Source: Acidimicrobiia bacterium (GTDB taxonomy: Bacteria > Actinomycetota > Acidimicrobiia > Spongiisociales > ZC4RG35). Taken from it: a DNA stretch of 64,000 nt. The stretch lies in NCBI GenBank assembly GCA_035513335.1, contig DATKCE010000039.1, forward strand, positions 6,861 through 70,860, read 5' to 3'. Under the pieces are notes generated by a model that did not search any database, had not been told where the DNA came from, and saw only the letters and a list, made by a program, of their open reading frames with translations. Below, piece after piece: positions 48,466-58,744 of this stretch. The first letter of the stretch is position 1. Each line of letters opens with the position of its first letter. Position numbers and translations under genes: made by a program.

Positions 48466-48942
48466 ATGAGTGGAGAAAGGATCACAGTGATCACCGAACA
48501 CGATTACCACGTGACCGTCACCGGAACCGGGCCGAAGACCGGGACACTGAGTGCGCCCAAGGACCACCTGCCCGAGATGGCGTTCGCTTCCCCGCCTGAG
48601 TTCGGCGGGCCGCCCCACACCTGGAGCCCAGAGCACCTCTTCGTCGCCTCCCTGGCCACCTGTCTGATGACGACGTTCCAGGCGATGGCAGCCAACTCGG
48701 GGATGGAGGTCCTCGAGTACCGCGACCATCCCACAGGCCATCTGCAGCAGGCCGACAACGGTCTCTATTCGATCGATCGTGTGGTGCTGCGTCCCACCGT
48801 CGTCATCTCGGCGGAGTCGAAGATCGACCGCGCCCATCGGCTCCTGGACAAGGCGGAGCATGTGTGTCTGATAGGGAGATCGGTCAACTCGGAGACCATT
48901 CTCGAAGCGACGGTCCTCCAGCCTCACCAGGTGGGCACGTAA
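48466..48942 (+). CDS. OsmC/Ohr-family peroxiredoxin-like protein
   Basis: 158 aa, SPEHLFVASLATCLMTTF and AEHVCLIGRSV (two conserved Cys). Confidence 0.85.
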   Translation: MSGERITVITEHDYHVTVTGTGPKTGTLSAPKDHLPEMAFASPPEFGGPPHTWSPEHLFVASLATCLMTTFQAMAANSGMEVLEYRDHPTGHLQQADNGLYSIDRVVLRPTVVISAESKIDRAHRLLDKAEHVCLIGRSVNSETILEATVLQPHQVGT

Positions 48943-49931
48943 GACCTCAATGTCTTCATGTACCCCGTTCTCTCGAACACCTCGGGATCCGGCACCGACG
49001 AGTAGCTGAGGCTCCCCCGGGCCTGGTCGACCGACTCGTAGTCGTGCTCGTCCAGCCATCGTGCCATGCCGTCCCTGACCTCGGTCAGACGTGAGGCCCC
49101 ATGCCTGAGCAGCGCCGAAGCCATCATGGTCACGTTGGCCCCCGCCAGCACGGCCTTGACTGCGTCCTCGGCGACATGCACGCCCGAGGTCGCAGCCATG
49201 TCGCAGTCGACTCGCCCGTACAGGATCGCCATCCAGCGCAGGACCAGTCTCAGCTCCACCGGGTCGGACAGGACGAGGTTGGGCTTCACGCCCAGAGTCT
49301 CCAGATCGATGTCCGGCTGGTAGAACCTATTGAACATCACGAGAGCATCTGCGCCCGCGCCGGTCAGGCGTCTGGCCATGTCCGGGACCGATGAGAAGTA
49401 GGGGCCGATCTTCACCGCCAGGGCCAAGTCCACCGACCCCTTGACCTTCTCGACCAGGTCGACATAGGACTTCTCTACATCCGCCGAGGTCAGCCTGACA
49501 TCGGATGGGAGCCGGTATACGTTCAGCTCGAGTGCGTCGATCCCCTGGTCGGCGAGGATCTGGGCGTACATCGTCCAGCCACCGGTGGAGACACCATTGA
49601 GGCTGGCGATAACGGGGATTTGCAGCTCGGCCTTGGCCCTCCGGATCAGCTCGATGTAGTCCTCGGGGCCGGTGTTGTAGTCGTCGAGCTCGGGAAAGAA
49701 TCCCTCCGCCGCTTCTCCGAAGCCATCGGCACCCATCTCCAGGGTGTAGTGAACGGCCATGGCATCGTGCTCGATCTGCTCCTCGAAGAGGCTAGGAAGG
49801 ACAATGGCAGGCGCGCCCGCCTCGACCAGGGCATGGATGTGGTCGATGTCCCCGGTCAACGGTGACGCCGAGGGCACGATCGGATGGTTCAACTCGAAGC
49901 CCAGATACCGTGTGCTCAGGTCGACTGTCAC
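48924..49931 (-). CDS. Dihydroorotate-dehydrogenase-like (class 1 DHOD/DPD fold) protein
   Basis: 335 aa TIM-barrel flavoprotein pattern (IVPSASPL...IASLNG...MFNRFYQPDIDL..ATSGV). GTGA overlap with the PFOR stop. Confidence 0.8.
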   Translation of the reverse strand: MTVDLSTRYLGFELNHPIVPSASPLTGDIDHIHALVEAGAPAIVLPSLFEEQIEHDAMAVHYTLEMGADGFGEAAEGFFPELDDYNTGPEDYIELIRRAKAELQIPVIASLNGVSTGGWTMYAQILADQGIDALELNVYRLPSDVRLTSADVEKSYVDLVEKVKGSVDLALAVKIGPYFSSVPDMARRLTGAGADALVMFNRFYQPDIDLETLGVKPNLVLSDPVELRLVLRWMAILYGRVDCDMAATSGVHVAEDAVKAVLAGANVTMMASALLRHGASRLTEVRDGMARWLDEHDYESVDQARGSLSYSSVPDPEVFERTGYMKTLRSYVPTW

Positions 49932-52900
49932 TCCTCAACCTCCTCATCCTCTGAGAACACCGCGGTCCGGTGGACTGCCACCATTTGTTCGTAGAGGTGC
50001 CAGCGGTCATCGATGTCCTGCTGCGCCCTGTCCATGAGCTGGTCGGCGCCCTCGGGATCGATCCGGCCCAACATGGCGAATCGGGCCTCGGTGGCTGCGA
50101 AGTCCTTGAAGCGGATGGAGGGCCTCCTGCTGTCGAGACGCAGTCCCGGTTCGCCCGCCGCCTCACGTGCCGGGTCGTAACGATAGAGAGGCCAGTAGCC
50201 CGAGTCGCTCGCCGCCTTCTGATGCCCGAGCTGGTGCTTCAGGTCGTACCCATGGGCGATGCAGGGGCTGTAGGCGATGACGAGCGAGACTCCTCGATGG
50301 CCCTCGGCTTCAGCGAGGGTCTTGACGGTCTGATTCGGATTCGCCCCCATGGCGATCTGTCCGACGTACACGTTCCCGTACGACATGGCGATCTGACCGA
50401 GGTCCTTCTTGCCGGTGGTCTTGCCCCCGGCGGCGAACTTGGCGATCGCGGCGCGCGGCGTCGCCTTGGACGCCTGTCCTCCGGTGTTGGAGTACACCTC
50501 GGTGTCGAGCACCAGGATATTGATGTTCCGGCCCGAGGCGAACACGTGGTCGAGCCCGCCGAATCCGATGTCGTATGCCCAGCCGTCGCCACCAACTATC
50601 CAAACGCTGGTCTCGATCAGAGAGTCAGCAACACCCACCAGCCTCCGGGGGAGGGGGCCCTCCAGCTCCTCCAGCCTCTCCTTCAACGCGCTCACGTTCT
50701 TACGCTGACGATCGACGAGAGACTCGATGTCGGAGTAGTCGGGATTCTCGACCTGGTCCAGGATCTCCACTGCCAGCTCCCCGAGCTCGGGGGCGAGCGC
50801 CGTGACCAGGAGAACCGCGTCCTGTCGTTGGGTCTCCATGGCGAGACGCATACCCAACCCGAACTCGGCGTTGTCCTCGAAGAGGCTGTTGGACCAGGCC
50901 GGCCCCTGGCCGTCGTCGTTGGCGGCCCAGGGGGTAGTGGGCAGGTTCCCTCCATAGATCGAAGAGCAGCCGGTGGCATTGGCCACGATCATCCTGTCGC
51001 CCATCATCTGCGTGATCAGCTTCAAGTATGGGGTCTCACCGCAACCGGCACAGGCTCCGGAGAACTCGAACAGGGGCTGGAGCAACTGGGTGCCCTTCAC
51101 CGACTGAGCGTTGACCTGGGATCGGTCCATCTCGGGGATCTCGAGGAAGTAGGAGAAGTTGCGGCGCTCCCGGTCCAGGTGCTCACCCTTGGGCTCCATG
51201 TTGATCGCTTTGTGCCTCACCACCTCCTTCGACTTGGCAGGACACACTTCCACACAGACACCGCACCCGGTGCAGTCGTCGGGAGCGACCTGGATCACTA
51301 TCCGCAGGCCTCTCAGGTCCTTCCCTGTCGACTCCTTCCACAGGAACCCGTCAGGAATGGGAACATCGGGCTCGAATGCCTTGAACCTGATGGCGGCGTG
51401 GGGACAGACCAGGGCACAGCGGCCGCAGTCGATGCAGAGGTCGGCGTCCCAGATCGGTATCTCGTCGGCGATCGATCGTTTCTCCCATATGGCGGTGCCG
51501 GTGGGGAACGCCCCGTCGACCGGGAGTGCGGATACGGGGAGCAGGTCGCCCTTTCCCGCCATCATCATCGCGGTGACCCGCTTGACGAAGTCGGGGGCGA
51601 TCTCGGGCACCGGGTCGGCAATCCTCTGCATGCTGTCGGCTGCGCCCGGCTCGACCCGGAACAGCCCCCCGATGGCCCGGTCGACCGCCTCCTCGTTTCG
51701 ACTCACAACCGCCTGGCCGCGACTGCCATAGCTCTTGCGTATGTGTTCCTTGATGGCGATCACGGCCTCGTCGGTGTCGAGAAAGTCACTGAGATGGAAG
51801 AAACAGGTCTGGAGAACCGTGTTGATCCGGCCCCCGAGACCGGCGTCCCTGGCGATGGCGGCAGCATCGATGGCCCATACGGTGAGCTCCTTGGCGAGGA
51901 CCTGTCGCTGCGCCTCGACCGGGAGACGATCCCAGATCTCCTCGGACGGGTACGGGCTGTTCAACAGCACCGTTCCGCCGGGTCGGGCCAGCTCCAAGAC
52001 GTCGATGGTCTCCAGGAAGTCGAACTGGTGGACAGCGACGAAGTCGGCCTCGGTGATGAGATAGGTCGACTCGATGGGGCGCGGTGAGACCCTCAGGTGG
52101 GACACCGTTCGAGAGCCCGCCTTCTTCGAGTCGTAGACGAAGTAGCCCTGTGCGTAGAGGGGGGTCGACTCACCGATGATCTTGACCGAGTTCTTGTTGG
52201 CACCGACGGTCCCGTCGGAGCCCAGGCCGTAGAACACCGCCCGGACCACTTCGTCAGGTTCGGTCCACGAGCTCGGGTCGTAGTCGACGGAGGCGTTGGT
52301 GACGTCGTCGAAGATGCCGACGGTGAAATGACGTCTCGGCTCGGCGTTCACCGCCTCGGCGAACACTCCAAGCACCATGGCGGGGGTGAACTCCTTCGAG
52401 GACAGCCCGTACCTGCCCCCGATCACGTCTGCGCTGACACCTGCCTCGGCCAGCGCCGAGACCACGTCCTGGTAGAGCGGCTCACCGACCGCCCCCGGCT
52501 CCTTGGTCCGATCCATGGCCACGACCCGCCTCACCGTCTCGGGGAGGCAGTCGACGAAGGCGTCGACATCGAACGGCCGGTAGAGGTGGACCTCGACGAC
52601 CCCGACCTTCTCTCCGTTGCCGACCAGCTCGTCTACTGCCTCCCTGGCCGCCCCGGCCCCCGATCCCATGATCACCATGACAGTCTCGGCGTCCGGAGCG
52701 CCGTGATATTCGAACAAGTGGTAGCGGCGGCCGGTGGTCTCGGCGACCTGTTCCATCGCCCTGGCCACGATCTCGGGAATGGCTTCGTAGTACGGGTTGG
52801 ATGCCTCCCGAGCCTGGAAGAAGACGTCGGGGTTCTGCGCAGTTCCGCGGAGAGTCGGTGAGTTCGGGTTGAGGGCGCGTAGGCGATGTTCTGCGATCAG

Positions 52901-53506
52901 GTCCTCATCGACGAGTGAGCGAATCGTCGACTCGTCGATGATCTCGATCTTGGTGACCTCATGAGACGTCCGGAACCCGTCGAAGAAATGGAGAAATGGC
53001 AACCTCGCCTCGAGGGTGGCGAGATGGGCCACGAGGGCCAGATCCTGGGCCTCTTGAACCGAACCGGATGCCAGCATGGCGAATCCGGTCTGGCGCGCTC
53101 CCATCACGTCGGAATGGTCTCCGAAGATCGACAGGGCGTGCGTGGCCACCGTGCGCGCCGCCACGTGGATCACCACAGGTGTCAACTCACCGGCGATCTT
53201 GTACATGTTGGGGAGCATCAGCAGCAGGCCCTGGGAGGCGGTGAAGGTGGTGCTCAGCGCTCCCGAGCTGAGCGCCCCGTGGACCGTCCCGGCCGCGCCG
53301 GCCTCGCTCTGCATCTCGACCACGTCGGGGACGACCCCCCACAGGTTTGGTCTTCCGCTGTGTGACCAGGCGTCAGCGAGCTCTCCCATCGGTGAGGCGG
53401 GGGTGATCGGATAGATGGCGATGACCTCGCTGAGGAGATGTGCCACCCTGGCCGCTGCCTCATTGCCGTCGACCGTGGCGAACACGGGCGCGGTGATGTC
53501 ACTCAT
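49928..53506 (-). CDS. nifJ: Pyruvate:ferredoxin (flavodoxin) oxidoreductase, single-polypeptide type
   Basis: 1192 aa. Two ferredoxin motifs (CIDCGRCALVCPHAAI, CTGCGVCVEVCP) and the TPP site GGDGWAYDIGFGGLDH. Confidence 0.95.
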   Translation of the reverse strand: MSDITAPVFATVDGNEAAARVAHLLSEVIAIYPITPASPMGELADAWSHSGRPNLWGVVPDVVEMQSEAGAAGTVHGALSSGALSTTFTASQGLLLMLPNMYKIAGELTPVVIHVAARTVATHALSIFGDHSDVMGARQTGFAMLASGSVQEAQDLALVAHLATLEARLPFLHFFDGFRTSHEVTKIEIIDESTIRSLVDEDLIAEHRLRALNPNSPTLRGTAQNPDVFFQAREASNPYYEAIPEIVARAMEQVAETTGRRYHLFEYHGAPDAETVMVIMGSGAGAAREAVDELVGNGEKVGVVEVHLYRPFDVDAFVDCLPETVRRVVAMDRTKEPGAVGEPLYQDVVSALAEAGVSADVIGGRYGLSSKEFTPAMVLGVFAEAVNAEPRRHFTVGIFDDVTNASVDYDPSSWTEPDEVVRAVFYGLGSDGTVGANKNSVKIIGESTPLYAQGYFVYDSKKAGSRTVSHLRVSPRPIESTYLITEADFVAVHQFDFLETIDVLELARPGGTVLLNSPYPSEEIWDRLPVEAQRQVLAKELTVWAIDAAAIARDAGLGGRINTVLQTCFFHLSDFLDTDEAVIAIKEHIRKSYGSRGQAVVSRNEEAVDRAIGGLFRVEPGAADSMQRIADPVPEIAPDFVKRVTAMMMAGKGDLLPVSALPVDGAFPTGTAIWEKRSIADEIPIWDADLCIDCGRCALVCPHAAIRFKAFEPDVPIPDGFLWKESTGKDLRGLRIVIQVAPDDCTGCGVCVEVCPAKSKEVVRHKAINMEPKGEHLDRERRNFSYFLEIPEMDRSQVNAQSVKGTQLLQPLFEFSGACAGCGETPYLKLITQMMGDRMIVANATGCSSIYGGNLPTTPWAANDDGQGPAWSNSLFEDNAEFGLGMRLAMETQRQDAVLLVTALAPELGELAVEILDQVENPDYSDIESLVDRQRKNVSALKERLEELEGPLPRRLVGVADSLIETSVWIVGGDGWAYDIGFGGLDHVFASGRNINILVLDTEVYSNTGGQASKATPRAAIAKFAAGGKTTGKKDLGQIAMSYGNVYVGQIAMGANPNQTVKTLAEAEGHRGVSLVIAYSPCIAHGYDLKHQLGHQKAASDSGYWPLYRYDPAREAAGEPGLRLDSRRPSIRFKDFAATEARFAMLGRIDPEGADQLMDRAQQDIDDRWHLYEQMVAVHRTAVFSEDEEVEE

Positions 53507-53640
53507 GATCAGAGGCTATGTCGTGGCCACGGAGGATCGAAGGGACCAAGGACCCGTATCCACGGCGCCTTTCGACCCGATCTCGAGCCGGAGCTGAGAT
53601 GCGGGTAAGGGGGCATACTTGCTTAACCTGATCCTCTCCC

Positions 53641-54117
53641 ATGACCGAGCAGACGACTTTTTTGACTCCGGCCGCTCTCGAAAAGCTCCAAAAGGAGCTC
53701 GATGAGCTGAAGACCACCGGCCGCGAAGAGATCGAGGCCCGCATCGCCGAGGCCAGGTCTCACGGCGACCTGCGCGAGAACGCCGACTACGACGTGGCGA
53801 AGAACGATCAGGGGTTGATGGAGGCTCGGATCCGCAAGCTGGAGCACATCATCCACACCGCCGAGGTGAGAGAGGTGGAGGACACGGGGCAGGTCGAAGT
53901 GGGGTCGGTGGTGACGGTGGTTGACTCCGACGGCGACGAGTTGGAGTACTTCGTTGCCTCCCAGGAGAACAAGGGGACCGGAATGCTTCTCGCCTCCCCG
54001 GAGAGCCCGCTCGGGGGGGCCCTGCTCGGCAGGACGGTCGGAGACGAAGTGGAGTACGAGGCGCCGGCCGGCACCCTCGGGGTGAAGATCATCGCAGTAC
54101 GCCCTTACGAGGGCTGA
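53641..54117 (+). CDS. greA: Transcription elongation factor GreA
   Basis: 158 aa, LTPAALEKLQKELDELK...EARSHGDLRENADYDVAK. Confidence 0.95.
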   Translation: MTEQTTFLTPAALEKLQKELDELKTTGREEIEARIAEARSHGDLRENADYDVAKNDQGLMEARIRKLEHIIHTAEVREVEDTGQVEVGSVVTVVDSDGDELEYFVASQENKGTGMLLASPESPLGGALLGRTVGDEVEYEAPAGTLGVKIIAVRPYEG

Positions 54118-54201
54118 CCGACTCATCCTCCTGGAGATCGACCCGATTCGATAGGGGAGATCTGGCACACTGAGCCGGTCCGTCCGCCCCCCGGGGGAAC
54201 C

Positions 54202-55602
54202 ATGAGACTTCGGCTGAGAAGCCCACGCCAACTGGCCCGACAGCTCCTCACGGTGGCACGGCGCGATCACGACCAGGTCGCCGACTATCTCGATGCCAAC
54301 CGCGAGGAGTGGGAGGCGCTCGCCGTCGCCACCCCCGGAGACGCCGCCGACATCCTGGAGCAACTCGACGAAGCCGATGCCGCCGAACTGCTCTCCGAGC
54401 TCCCTCCTGCCGATGCCGCCGAGATCCTGGAGCAGATCGCCCCCGAGCTGGCCGCGGAGCTCCTCGAGCAATACCCGATCACAGAGCTGGCGGCGGCGCT
54501 CGACGAGATGCCTAGCGAGGCCGCAGCAGATCTCATCGGCGAGCTGGACGAGGCGGTCACCGAGGACCTCCTCGCGGCGATGTCGGACGAGGCCGAGATC
54601 GAGGTGCGCGACCTGCTCAGCTATCCGCCCGACACGGCCGGTGGGCTCATGACCACCGAGATCGCGTCTCTACCGCTCGGGTTGACCACCGGTGAGGCGA
54701 TCGAGAGGATTCGCCAGTTGCACGAGGAATACGAGGACCTGTCGTACGTCTATGTCGTAGACGACGATGGTGGTCTCCAGGGCGTGATCTCCTTCCGCGA
54801 CCTCGTGTTCCGTCGCCCCGGTGCTCCGTTGGCCGACGTCATGGTCCCGGACCCGGTGGCCGTCTCGACGCTCACCGACCGCGAGGAAGTGGCGCAGCTG
54901 GCTCAGCGCTATCACCTCTTCGGCATCCCGGTGGTCGAGGACGGCCGCCTCGTCGGCATGGTCACCACCGAGGCGGTCATCGAAGCAGTCCAGGACGAGG
55001 CCAGCGAAGACTTCGCCGCCGCCGTCGGAGCGGGCGTCGCGGAGACCGTCTACACGGCGGTCACAGCTTCTTTTCGGATGCGCATGCCGTGGCTGGCTCT
55101 GAATCTTATCCTGGCGCTGGTGGTGGCTTTCGTGATCGAGTCCCAGACCGGGATCATCAGCAGGGAGCCGGTGCTGGCGGCCCTGATGCCCGTGATCGCC
55201 CTCCTCGGTGGCAACGGCGGGAACCAGAGCCTGGCCGTGATGATCCGCTCTCTCGCCTCCGACGACGTTCCGGCGGCACAAGTGCCGGGCATCCTCGGAC
55301 GTCAGACCGAGGTGGGAGTGCTCAACGGACTGGCCCTCGGAGTTCTCTCGTTCGGGCTCTCCTGGTTCCTCATCGGCTCCGGGATCTTCGAGAGCGGAGC
55401 TCAACCCCAAGAGGTGGCGATCATCGTCTCGATCTCGGCCTTCATCGTTCTGGTGGTGGCCACCCTCGCCGGCAGCGGCATCCCGGTGGTGCTGCGGAGA
55501 CTCGGGATGGATCCGGCCCTCGCCTCCTCGATCTTCCTGACCCTCCTCACCGACATCGTCGGCTTCGGTGGATTCCTCCTGCTGGCGGCCTGGCTGCTCT
55601 GA
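54202..55602 (+). CDS. mgtE: Magnesium transporter MgtE
   Basis: 466 aa. Acidic N-domain repeats (DAADILEQL..AEILEQI), a CBS pair, and a C-terminal TM domain with LLGGNGGNQS. Confidence 0.92.
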   Translation: MRLRLRSPRQLARQLLTVARRDHDQVADYLDANREEWEALAVATPGDAADILEQLDEADAAELLSELPPADAAEILEQIAPELAAELLEQYPITELAAALDEMPSEAAADLIGELDEAVTEDLLAAMSDEAEIEVRDLLSYPPDTAGGLMTTEIASLPLGLTTGEAIERIRQLHEEYEDLSYVYVVDDDGGLQGVISFRDLVFRRPGAPLADVMVPDPVAVSTLTDREEVAQLAQRYHLFGIPVVEDGRLVGMVTTEAVIEAVQDEASEDFAAAVGAGVAETVYTAVTASFRMRMPWLALNLILALVVAFVIESQTGIISREPVLAALMPVIALLGGNGGNQSLAVMIRSLASDDVPAAQVPGILGRQTEVGVLNGLALGVLSFGLSWFLIGSGIFESGAQPQEVAIIVSISAFIVLVVATLAGSGIPVVLRRLGMDPALASSIFLTLLTDIVGFGGFLLLAAWLL

Positions 55603-55663
55603 TCGCTGAACCCAGGGCGTCAGACCATCGCTTGCGCGGGCCTGCAACCTAATGGGTTCGCGC
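55603..55663. repeat. REP-like palindromic element, family B, copy 2
   Basis: CGCTGAACCCA...GGGCCTGCAACCTAATGGGTTCGCG, in the convergent spacer after mgtE. About three-quarters identical by eye to 45484-45539. Confidence 0.7.
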
Positions 55664-55675
55664 TTTGGGGTCGGG

Positions 55676-56194
55676 TCAGCTTCCGATCGCTCCGCCCGGG
55701 AACTCGGAGAACGGGCCGCGGAAGTCGATGCGCGCCCGACCGGTCAACGTGACGAAGTGATGACGCTCGAGCAGAGCCACCTCCTCGTCGGTGCGCTCGT
55801 CTTCGGGAACCAGAAACGCCTCGGCAGCAGCGGCGTCGTCGAATACCTCGGCTCCATAGAGGTCGGGATACTGCTCGGTGAGGTCGATGACGAAATTCTC
55901 CAGATCGACGTCGGTGTATGCCCCGTTGGGGATGACGACATGCCGCTCGATCCCGTCGTCGTTGGGGATCTCGTTGACCACCTCGTGCTCGCTGACGGTT
56001 TCACCGACGAGGGTCGTGGGTGGTGAGGTGCCGTCACTGCCCGAAGTCGTGGTGGTGGCGCCATCCGCGGGAGCCGTGGTCTCGCTGCCACCGATAACGA
56101 TGGTCGAATCGGTGGACAGCTCGGGACCGTCGCCGTTGCAGCCAGCTCCAACGAGAGCGAGCAAGGCGGTGAGGGTCAGGAGTCGAAATCTCAT
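55676..56194 (-). CDS. Hypothetical lipoprotein
   Basis: Trimmed to the ATG at 56194 (MRFRLLTLTALLALVGAGC, lipobox), 172 aa, Thr/Ser-rich linker. Confidence 0.6.
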   Translation of the reverse strand: MRFRLLTLTALLALVGAGCNGDGPELSTDSTIVIGGSETTAPADGATTTTSGSDGTSPPTTLVGETVSEHEVVNEIPNDDGIERHVVIPNGAYTDVDLENFVIDLTEQYPDLYGAEVFDDAAAAEAFLVPEDERTDEEVALLERHHFVTLTGRARIDFRGPFSEFPGGAIGS

Positions 56195-56229
56195 GTCGGC
56201 AGAACGAAACGCTAGTGCGAGAAGGTTCC

Positions 56230-57036
56230 TTACCCCACCCGCTCGGCGAATACACCCCGGAGACGGTCGGTCACCGGACCCGGCTCCCACGTCCGCTCCC
56301 CTACCGCCGCCACCGATTGGACCTCACGAACCGTAGACCAGGCGGTGACCTCGGTGGCCGAGTCGAGCCGGCTCAGGTCCCAAGTCCCCTCCGCCACCTC
56401 CAGTCCGAGCTCCTCGGCGATCTCGAGGACGACTCTTCGTGTGATCGAGTCGAGGATGCCCAACTCGAGTCCCGGGGTCTCGAGTCTCCCGTCCACCACC
56501 CAACCCATCGAGAAGGTGGGGCCCTCGAGCATCACTCCTCCGGGGGTCACCAGCAGGGCGTCCTCGAAACCCTCGACAGTGGCGCGGCGGGTGGCCGCCA
56601 TGTTGGGGGCATAGGAGATCACCTTGGCGCCGGCCAGGTCCCAGTCGACCCCGGCGGCATGCCACGGCGCGACGACAGGAAACAGGCGGGCCGGCTCGGA
56701 TCCCCTGTCCCAGACATGGCCAAAGACGATCACATTGGACGGGGCATCGAGGCCGGGGACACTCGAGCCGCGGGTGACCACGACGCGAACCGCACCGTCG
56801 ACCAGGTCGGCGGCGGTCTTCTCGATCCAGTCGGCGAGTCGGGAGCGATCCGGGAGGACGATGTCGAGCGCCCTCGCGCTGGCGGCCAGCCTGTCGAGAT
56901 GCTCGTCGAGGGAGAAGGGCTTGCCCCCGTAGGCCTTGAGCACCTCGAAACAGCCGTCCCCACGCAAGACGGACGAATCCGTGACCGGGATCCTCCCATC
57001 GGAGGAAAACCCGTTGATGAGGACCTCGGTGATCAT
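56230..57036 (-). CDS. Class IV aminotransferase (BCAT / aminodeoxychorismate-lyase family)
   Basis: 268 aa, VLRGDGCFEVLKAY fold-type IV pattern. ATGA overlap with nadE. Confidence 0.82.
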   Translation of the reverse strand: MITEVLINGFSSDGRIPVTDSSVLRGDGCFEVLKAYGGKPFSLDEHLDRLAASARALDIVLPDRSRLADWIEKTAADLVDGAVRVVVTRGSSVPGLDAPSNVIVFGHVWDRGSEPARLFPVVAPWHAAGVDWDLAGAKVISYAPNMAATRRATVEGFEDALLVTPGGVMLEGPTFSMGWVVDGRLETPGLELGILDSITRRVVLEIAEELGLEVAEGTWDLSRLDSATEVTAWSTVREVQSVAAVGERTWEPGPVTDRLRGVFAERVG

Positions 57037-58691
57037 GGGATACTTGGCCGGTAGTGGTTGGTGATCGGCAACCGCCGGTCTTTCCCGAACGCTTTCGTGG
57101 TGATCTTCACCCCGGGAGCAGACTGGCGCCGCTTGTACTCGTTGCGGTCGACCAGACGCGCCACCTCCAGGACCGTATGGGCGTCGTAACCCTCGGCGAT
57201 GATCTCAGCCACTCCCATGTCGTTCTCGATGTATCGCTCCAGGATCGGGTCGAGCACGTCATATGGGGGCAGAGAGTCGGAGTCCTTCTGGTCGGGGCGG
57301 AGCTCCGCCGATGGCGGCTTGTCGATGCTGTTCTGCGGGATTACCTCGCCGTCCTTGTTCCGCCACCTCGCCAACTCGTAGACGACCCCCTTGAACACGT
57401 CCTTGAGGACCGCGTATCCGCCGACCATGTCGCCGTAGAGAGTGGCGTAACCCACCGCCATCTCCGACTTGTTGCCTGTGGCCACCACCATCGGCCCGAA
57501 CTTGTTGGAGATGGCCATCGCCACGGTGCCACGCACCCGCGCCTGGAGATTCTCCTCGGCCACGCCGAAATCGGTCCCCTCGAAGATCCCGGCGAGAGCG
57601 TCCAGGTGCGACTCGTAGACACCGTCGATGGGAACGACATCGAAACGGATTCCCAGATTGTCTGCCAGGACGCGGGCATCTTCGACCGAGTGCTGCGACG
57701 AGAACCTGGTCGGCATGCCGAGGGCCCACACCGAATCAGGGCCCAATGCATCGGCGGCGATCGTGACTGCGACCGCCGAGTCGACGCCTCCGGAGAGTTG
57801 GACCACCACGCCCGCGAAGCCGTTCTTGCGGCAATAGTCACTCAGACCCGTGGTCAGGGCCCGATAGATCTCCTCGGTGGGCTCCAGCAACGGGGCGATG
57901 CGCCCCACGGCGGCCTCTTCGTCCCCAACCGGCACGTCGACGAGGAAGAAGTCCTCCTCGAACTGTGGCGAACGGTGGAGCAGCCGGCCGTCGGGTGCCA
58001 TCACCGCCGAAGCCCCGTCGAAGACCAACTCGTCCTGGCCCCCCACGAGGTTGAGATAGACCACCGAGGCGGTGCCCGCCCGCGCCCTGACTGCGAGCAT
58101 CTCCTCCCTCTCCCCGGCCTTCCCGCGATGGAAGGGTGAAGCATTGATGTTGAGCAGTACCCGGGCGCCGTTGGCGGCCTGTCGGGCAGGCGGTCCGTCG
58201 GGACGCCAGATGTCCTCACAGACAGAGATCCCCACCGGCACGCCTTCGATCTCCCAGACCCGGCCCGGATCGGCCCCCTCGACGAAGTAGCGGTCCTCGT
58301 CGAACACCCCGTAATTGGGAAGGAGCACCTTGTGGTACACCCCACGCAGCTCGCCACCGGATATGACGGCAGCTCCGTTGGCCACGGAACGGGCCTCGGC
58401 GTCCTCTGCGCCGCTGCCCCTGCCCGTGGCGAAATCGACGAACCCCAGGACCGTCGTGGTTCTCCCCGACCTTCGGGCCAGACGACGCAGAGCTTCGATG
58501 TTCGCTTCGACGAAGTCCCGACGCAGCACCAGGTCTTCGGGTGGGTATCCGGCGATGGCCAACTCGGGAACCAGGAGGATGTCGGCATCTGCCTCCTCGG
58601 CGCGTTCCATCGCCGCGGCGATCTTCTCCTCGTTGCCGGGAATGTCACCGACGGTCAGATTCAGTTGGGCTCCGGCAACCCTCAGGGCCAT
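57033..58691 (-). CDS. nadE: Glutamine-dependent NAD+ synthetase
   Basis: Trimmed to the ATG at 58691 (MALRVAGAQLNLTVGD...). N-terminal CN-hydrolase domain plus C-terminal synthetase with the SGGVDS P-loop. Confidence 0.93.
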   Translation of the reverse strand: MALRVAGAQLNLTVGDIPGNEEKIAAAMERAEEADADILLVPELAIAGYPPEDLVLRRDFVEANIEALRRLARRSGRTTTVLGFVDFATGRGSGAEDAEARSVANGAAVISGGELRGVYHKVLLPNYGVFDEDRYFVEGADPGRVWEIEGVPVGISVCEDIWRPDGPPARQAANGARVLLNINASPFHRGKAGEREEMLAVRARAGTASVVYLNLVGGQDELVFDGASAVMAPDGRLLHRSPQFEEDFFLVDVPVGDEEAAVGRIAPLLEPTEEIYRALTTGLSDYCRKNGFAGVVVQLSGGVDSAVAVTIAADALGPDSVWALGMPTRFSSQHSVEDARVLADNLGIRFDVVPIDGVYESHLDALAGIFEGTDFGVAEENLQARVRGTVAMAISNKFGPMVVATGNKSEMAVGYATLYGDMVGGYAVLKDVFKGVVYELARWRNKDGEVIPQNSIDKPPSAELRPDQKDSDSLPPYDVLDPILERYIENDMGVAEIIAEGYDAHTVLEVARLVDRNEYKRRQSAPGVKITTKAFGKDRRLPITNHYRPSIP

Positions 58692-58744
58692 GCCGTCACG
58701 ATACGCCGTGGCTCTTCGAAGTCCGACGTCATAGCCTGACGGCA

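Noticed and set aside
49970-52087. 705-aa plus-strand ORF and others (52097-52861, 52961-53365) opposite the PFOR gene.
   Set aside because: The same antisense-shadow artefact. PFOR motifs (Fe-S clusters, TPP site) are unambiguous on the minus strand.
54118-54201. M-box (Mg2+) riboswitch upstream of mgtE.
   Set aside because: The spacer is only 84 nt, far shorter than an M-box aptamer, and I see no conserved M-box sequence.
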